Assembly: GCA_963848135.1 (NCBI GenBank)
Contig: CAWKCK010000003.1
Span: 868,001-932,000, forward strand
Source of the DNA: an uncultured delta proteobacterium
GTDB lineage: Bacteria > Desulfobacterota > Desulfobacteria > Desulfobacterales > SG8-13
Reading direction: 5' to 3'
Length of the DNA stretch: 64,000 nucleotides
Part shown: positions 60,900 to 64,000 of the stretch, piece by piece
Layout of the letters: the number at the start of each line of letters is the position of its first letter
Position numbering within the stretch: the stretch's first letter is position 1
Position numbers and translations under genes: made by a program
The notes under the pieces: generated by a model
What the model saw: only the letters and a program-made list of their open reading frames with translations
Database searches by the model: none
What the model was told of the DNA's origin: nothing

Positions 60900-61976
60900 C
60901 TACGCTTTGAGGTGAGCGTTGAGAATCCGGACAAGACCCTCGGGCCCACCCCGCAGCACGTCGAAGGTCGGCAATCCGATCGCTTTCTCAAAGGCTGAGC
61001 AAACCGGGCCGATTTCGTCCGGTTTGAGGTCCTCGTGGTTGACCGTTACGGCAACGACAGGTTTTCCGCTAAGCATTTCGATGACCTGAATCTGGCGGCC
61101 CAGGGGGTGGATCCGGTATCCGGGGAATCCGTCATATTCGCGGCGGGCCGGTGCATGTTGAAGGACAACCAGATCCGGTCGGCCGGCGGCCAGGATTTCA
61201 AATCCGCCCGGATAGGCCGGGTTCATCAGGCTGCCCTGGCCCTCAATAATGATAACCTCCGGGTGCGCATCCGTCCATGCCGTGCATATCGCATGTTCGA
61301 TCTCACCGGAAACGAAGTCGTTGATCAGTGAATCCATAATGATACCATACTTCGCCCCTTGCATCCAGGCTGTTTGACCGGTGCCGATCATCAGTGCGTT
61401 GATGTTCATATCCGTAAATCCCTGGACGATGCGCCAGGCGGTGGTGCGTTTGCCGACTGCGGAATCGGTACCCAGAACCGCTATTTTCAAGGACGTTACG
61501 GTTTCGATTTTGCCACTGAAAAAATGGAGCGATCTGCGATCTGGCGGTCGACGGATATCCCGGATCAAAGCGCCAGTATTAGTGGCAATATCAGATAGTT
61601 CTGTGTCATCTGACAAGAAGTCGTGCAAGCCGCTGTCGACATTGAGCCCCAGTTCCAGGGCCCTTTTTATGTCCAATCGGGCCGTGGGTGCCAGACGACC
61701 GCCGTCCGGCGCGAGGCCGACCACCAGATGGGTTGCCGGCGTTCCGGTAGAATTCGCTGAATTCACAGCCTCTTCGATGGATGCCTCGACGGGTATTCCG
61801 TTGGGTTTGCCGTCTATAATTTCCCCGGCGTCCTGGCCGGTATAGCGGGAATCGATGACTGCGATGACCCGGTAGCGGTTGGTGAACCGGACAAGGCCAT
61901 GGGCGGTTTTACCGTTTGGGGTGTTGAGTGCACCTTCGCAGTAGACAATGGCAGTGCCGTCAATAGGGCTCGTCAT
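60900..61976 (-). CDS. DUF1611 family protein (DgcN-like)
   Basis: KTAHGLVR, GLHDFL, GTDSAVGKRTT, TGQT, DFVSG..E, EGQGSL..PAY. Confidence 0.85.
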   Translation of the reverse strand: MTSPIDGTAIVYCEGALNTPNGKTAHGLVRFTNRYRVIAVIDSRYTGQDAGEIIDGKPNGIPVEASIEEAVNSANSTGTPATHLVVGLAPDGGRLAPTARLDIKRALELGLNVDSGLHDFLSDDTELSDIATNTGALIRDIRRPPDRRSLHFFSGKIETVTSLKIAVLGTDSAVGKRTTAWRIVQGFTDMNINALMIGTGQTAWMQGAKYGIIMDSLINDFVSGEIEHAICTAWTDAHPEVIIIEGQGSLMNPAYPGGFEILAAGRPDLVVLQHAPARREYDGFPGYRIHPLGRQIQVIEMLSGKPVVAVTVNHEDLKPDEIGPVCSAFEKAIGLPTFDVLRGGPEGLVRILNAHLKA

Positions 61977-63091
61977 GATTTTCTCCCGGTGAGTACAACG
62001 ACATAGCGGTCGTTGGAAAGCGGTTCTTGCCGGTGCTGTTCAATCAAAGCGATCAAGCCGGCAGTTGATGCCGGCAAAACCTGTAAACCTTCTTTGTCGC
62101 GGATGAGCTTCGTGAAGGTCAGCATGTTTTTGTCGGTGGCATCGCTGGCCCAACCGTTGGTGGATCGAATGGCCTCCAGGGCATATTCGCCGTCAACGGA
62201 ATGCCAGTTGATCAGCGGTTCGTTGACGACGGTTTCCCGGATTTTCTGCGGATTGAGATCTTCACAGGATGCGGCTTTTTTCACGAACGCCTGAATAATG
62301 GGGTTTTTCTTGTGGGAAGATCCCGCGACAATTCTCGGCATGCGGGAGGTTTTCCCTCGGCGATAGAGGCTCAGAAACCCCTTGTAAATGCCGGTAATGG
62401 TTGTTCCGTTGGAGACCGGTACGGCCACCACAAGCGGTGCGTCCCTCAGGTCGTCATAGATTTCTTGAGCAATCTGGCCATAAGCCCGCAGCTGCAGGAC
62501 AACGTTGTCCCCACCGGGGTTGGCGTCATATATCTCTTCTTGCTGGGCCCGCTGTCTGGAGTATTCCACCGCGTTTTCATAGGAGCCGGGAACACGAATG
62601 ATCTCGGCGCCCATGCCCGTCATCTCCTCGATACGCTTGGTGTGGAACGAATCGGGTATGTAAATCAGACAGTGTAAACCGGCCAATGAACAGGCCAAAG
62701 CCATGGCAGCGCCGTAGTTCCCACAAGTCGCGACCGTGATGGCATCATATCCACGTCGAAGCGCATCCATGGCCTGAGCGAAAGCGATCCGGTCCTTCTG
62801 TGTACCGGTGGGGTTGCCGCCTTCAAACTTGAGATAGATTTGGCGCAGGCCCATTTCTCGTTCAATATTGCGGGCCCGAACCATGGCGGTGTCTCCGACC
62901 TCCGAGTCGATAATGTCTTCGTAAGCCTCGAGCCTCTCTTCGACGGGTCTGCCGGGATCTTCTGCGATTTTTCTCAGCTCTTCGACCGCCCGGGCAACAT
63001 CGAACGCCTCGCCCGTCGCCCCGTCCAGGATATTGCGGGGGCGATCACTTATCGGGACTTCCTGCATATCGTGGGCTTGTTCGTCTTTCAT
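61973..63091 (-). CDS. PLP-dependent fold-type II enzyme (threonine synthase-like)
   Basis: K.EG.NPTGTQKDR, ATCGNYG, VPVSNGTT, C-terminal VVVLTG; aggag RBS. Confidence 0.85.
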   Translation of the reverse strand: MKDEQAHDMQEVPISDRPRNILDGATGEAFDVARAVEELRKIAEDPGRPVEERLEAYEDIIDSEVGDTAMVRARNIEREMGLRQIYLKFEGGNPTGTQKDRIAFAQAMDALRRGYDAITVATCGNYGAAMALACSLAGLHCLIYIPDSFHTKRIEEMTGMGAEIIRVPGSYENAVEYSRQRAQQEEIYDANPGGDNVVLQLRAYGQIAQEIYDDLRDAPLVVAVPVSNGTTITGIYKGFLSLYRRGKTSRMPRIVAGSSHKKNPIIQAFVKKAASCEDLNPQKIRETVVNEPLINWHSVDGEYALEAIRSTNGWASDATDKNMLTFTKLIRDKEGLQVLPASTAGLIALIEQHRQEPLSNDRYVVVLTGRKS

Positions 63092-63157
63092 GGGACTCCT
63101 TACCCGGTTTCTCCTTATCGTTCGGCTGTTCGGTCCCGCCGGCCGCAGGATGTTTTA

Positions 63158-63261
63158 TATCGTGGTTGTTAAAAAAACGTTCCGTTATGCGGACATTTTT
63201 TTCCTGACATCACTTATACCACCTTACCATATTTCGGAATTTATTTTTGATAAGTGGATAA
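63158..63261 (-). repeat. Dispersed double-hairpin repeat, copy F (inverted)
   Basis: Reverse complement: ttatccactt...ttccgaaatatggtaaggtggtata-agtgatg...taacggaacgtttttttaacaaccacgata. Confidence 0.85.
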
Positions 63262-63383
63262 ACGCCGCTCGGGTCGACACCTACTCCCAGGACCGATATT
63301 CGGCCGATTCATACACGCGTCACCCAAAGGGCTGACATGGTTGGATCTGATATCAAATTATGCTGAAAAAGGCTATCGGATGA

Positions 63384-63398
63384 TGGCATGCATTTTGC
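63384..63398 (+). promoter_or_regulatory. Putative sigma-54 (-24/-12) promoter
   Basis: TGGCAT-GCATT-TTGC with exact GG-N10-GC spacing. Confidence 0.55.
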
Positions 63399-63509
63399 CT
63401 TATATTTAAATGCGGTCACCGAATTGCAACGGCAGCGACAATGTCAGGTTGACCGGTCGTATGCGCAATATAATTGTTTTCCGAACTTCTGGGACGCCCT
63501 TAGCGTGAA

Positions 63510-63718
63510 ATGGTCCATATTCATGGCATCATCGTACCGGTGAAGTGGGACGAAAGGGGTAAAATCGCCGGTCTCGGTATCGAAACTTTCTGATCGACCA
63601 ACAGTCGTAGAGTTACGACCTGACAGTACTGATTCAGGAATCGGTGGAACTTGGCGGTGAACTCGCGCGGGAATCCGTAAACAAAATTATCAGTGTGATA
63701 GAGGTGCGAAGACTTTAA
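63510..63718 (+). pseudogene. Small hypothetical protein, frameshifted with an internal stop
   Basis: MVHIHGIIVPVKWDERGKIAGLGIETF*, continues in another frame LIDQQS*...LIQESVELGG. Confidence 0.4.
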
Positions 63719-63828
63719 GCCGCCGGTTGAGACTTCGGCCCGCTATCTCGGGTCACTGGCCCCACCTAATTTTATAGGCTGCTGTTCGTCGCGCCCTTGC
63801 AGCCGTCCGCGTTTTGCCAAGCCCCTTA

Positions 63829-63874
63829 TATACCGCGTTTCAAAAATAATTTCCGCAATAGGCAAGGATGGTAA
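63829..63874 (+). repeat. Solo module-1 copy of the dispersed repeat
   Basis: tataccgcgtttcaaaaataatttccgcaataggcaaggatggtaa. Confidence 0.65.
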
Positions 63875-64000
63875 TGGACGTGTTTTTGACGGGTGCCAAC
63901 GTACTGGCGGTAAAAGAAATACTTGAAAAACCTGTCCGCTGCATGGAAATGGTCGATTATAATTATCGGCTGGCTTTGCGGCATTTCGCCGATATCGGCC

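Noticed and set aside
42358..63874. Dispersed repeat read as a CRISPR array or as attC sites
   Set aside because: Copies are ~100 bp, kilobases apart, in both orientations, with no spacer periodicity, no cas genes and no RYYYAAC/GTTRRRY ends
63874..64000. Open frame MDVFLTGANV... running off the window end
   Set aside because: Only 42 codons visible, overlaps a repeat end, and no family could be supported
1..64000. tRNA, rRNA, selenoprotein read-through, prophage or defence genes
   Set aside because: None recognised by eye; the hypothetical cassette proteins could still hide defence functions and need HMM searches

Overview
Bacterial chromosomal window. Gene content suggests a Desulfobacterota (deltaproteobacterial) host, which is an inference. 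From left to right: the end of a nuoI-N (complex I) operon, an RND efflux pair, epmA and tag. Next is a ~20 kb AT-richer, decaying sedentary integron (about 12.8-33.5 kb): more than 25 genes all on the minus strand, about 14 recognisable attC sites or remnants, a putative attI, and an internally deleted, frameshifted intI pseudogene. It is followed by ion and solute transporters (CCC-type, CorA, ABC exporter, Ca/Na antiporter), Hsp20, a sigma-54 activator, glgA, tamB/tamA, mltF, a CdaA-YbbR fusion and YitT. The window ends with a four-gene operon: a PLP enzyme, a DUF1611/DgcN-like protein, a MurL-like ATPase fused to a creatininase domain, and a dipeptide epimerase. The most unusual signals are (i) an unannotated ~100-bp double-hairpin intergenic repeat, present as 6 full and about 4 partial copies and not seen in the integron, (ii) the D-Glu/epimerase-themed operon, (iii) a MITE inserted into an attC R'' box that is also a stop codon, and (iv) an ABC ATPase with an apparently triplicated helical subdomain. 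No rRNA, tRNA or CRISPR array was recognised. All family assignments come from motif recognition by eye, not database searches.
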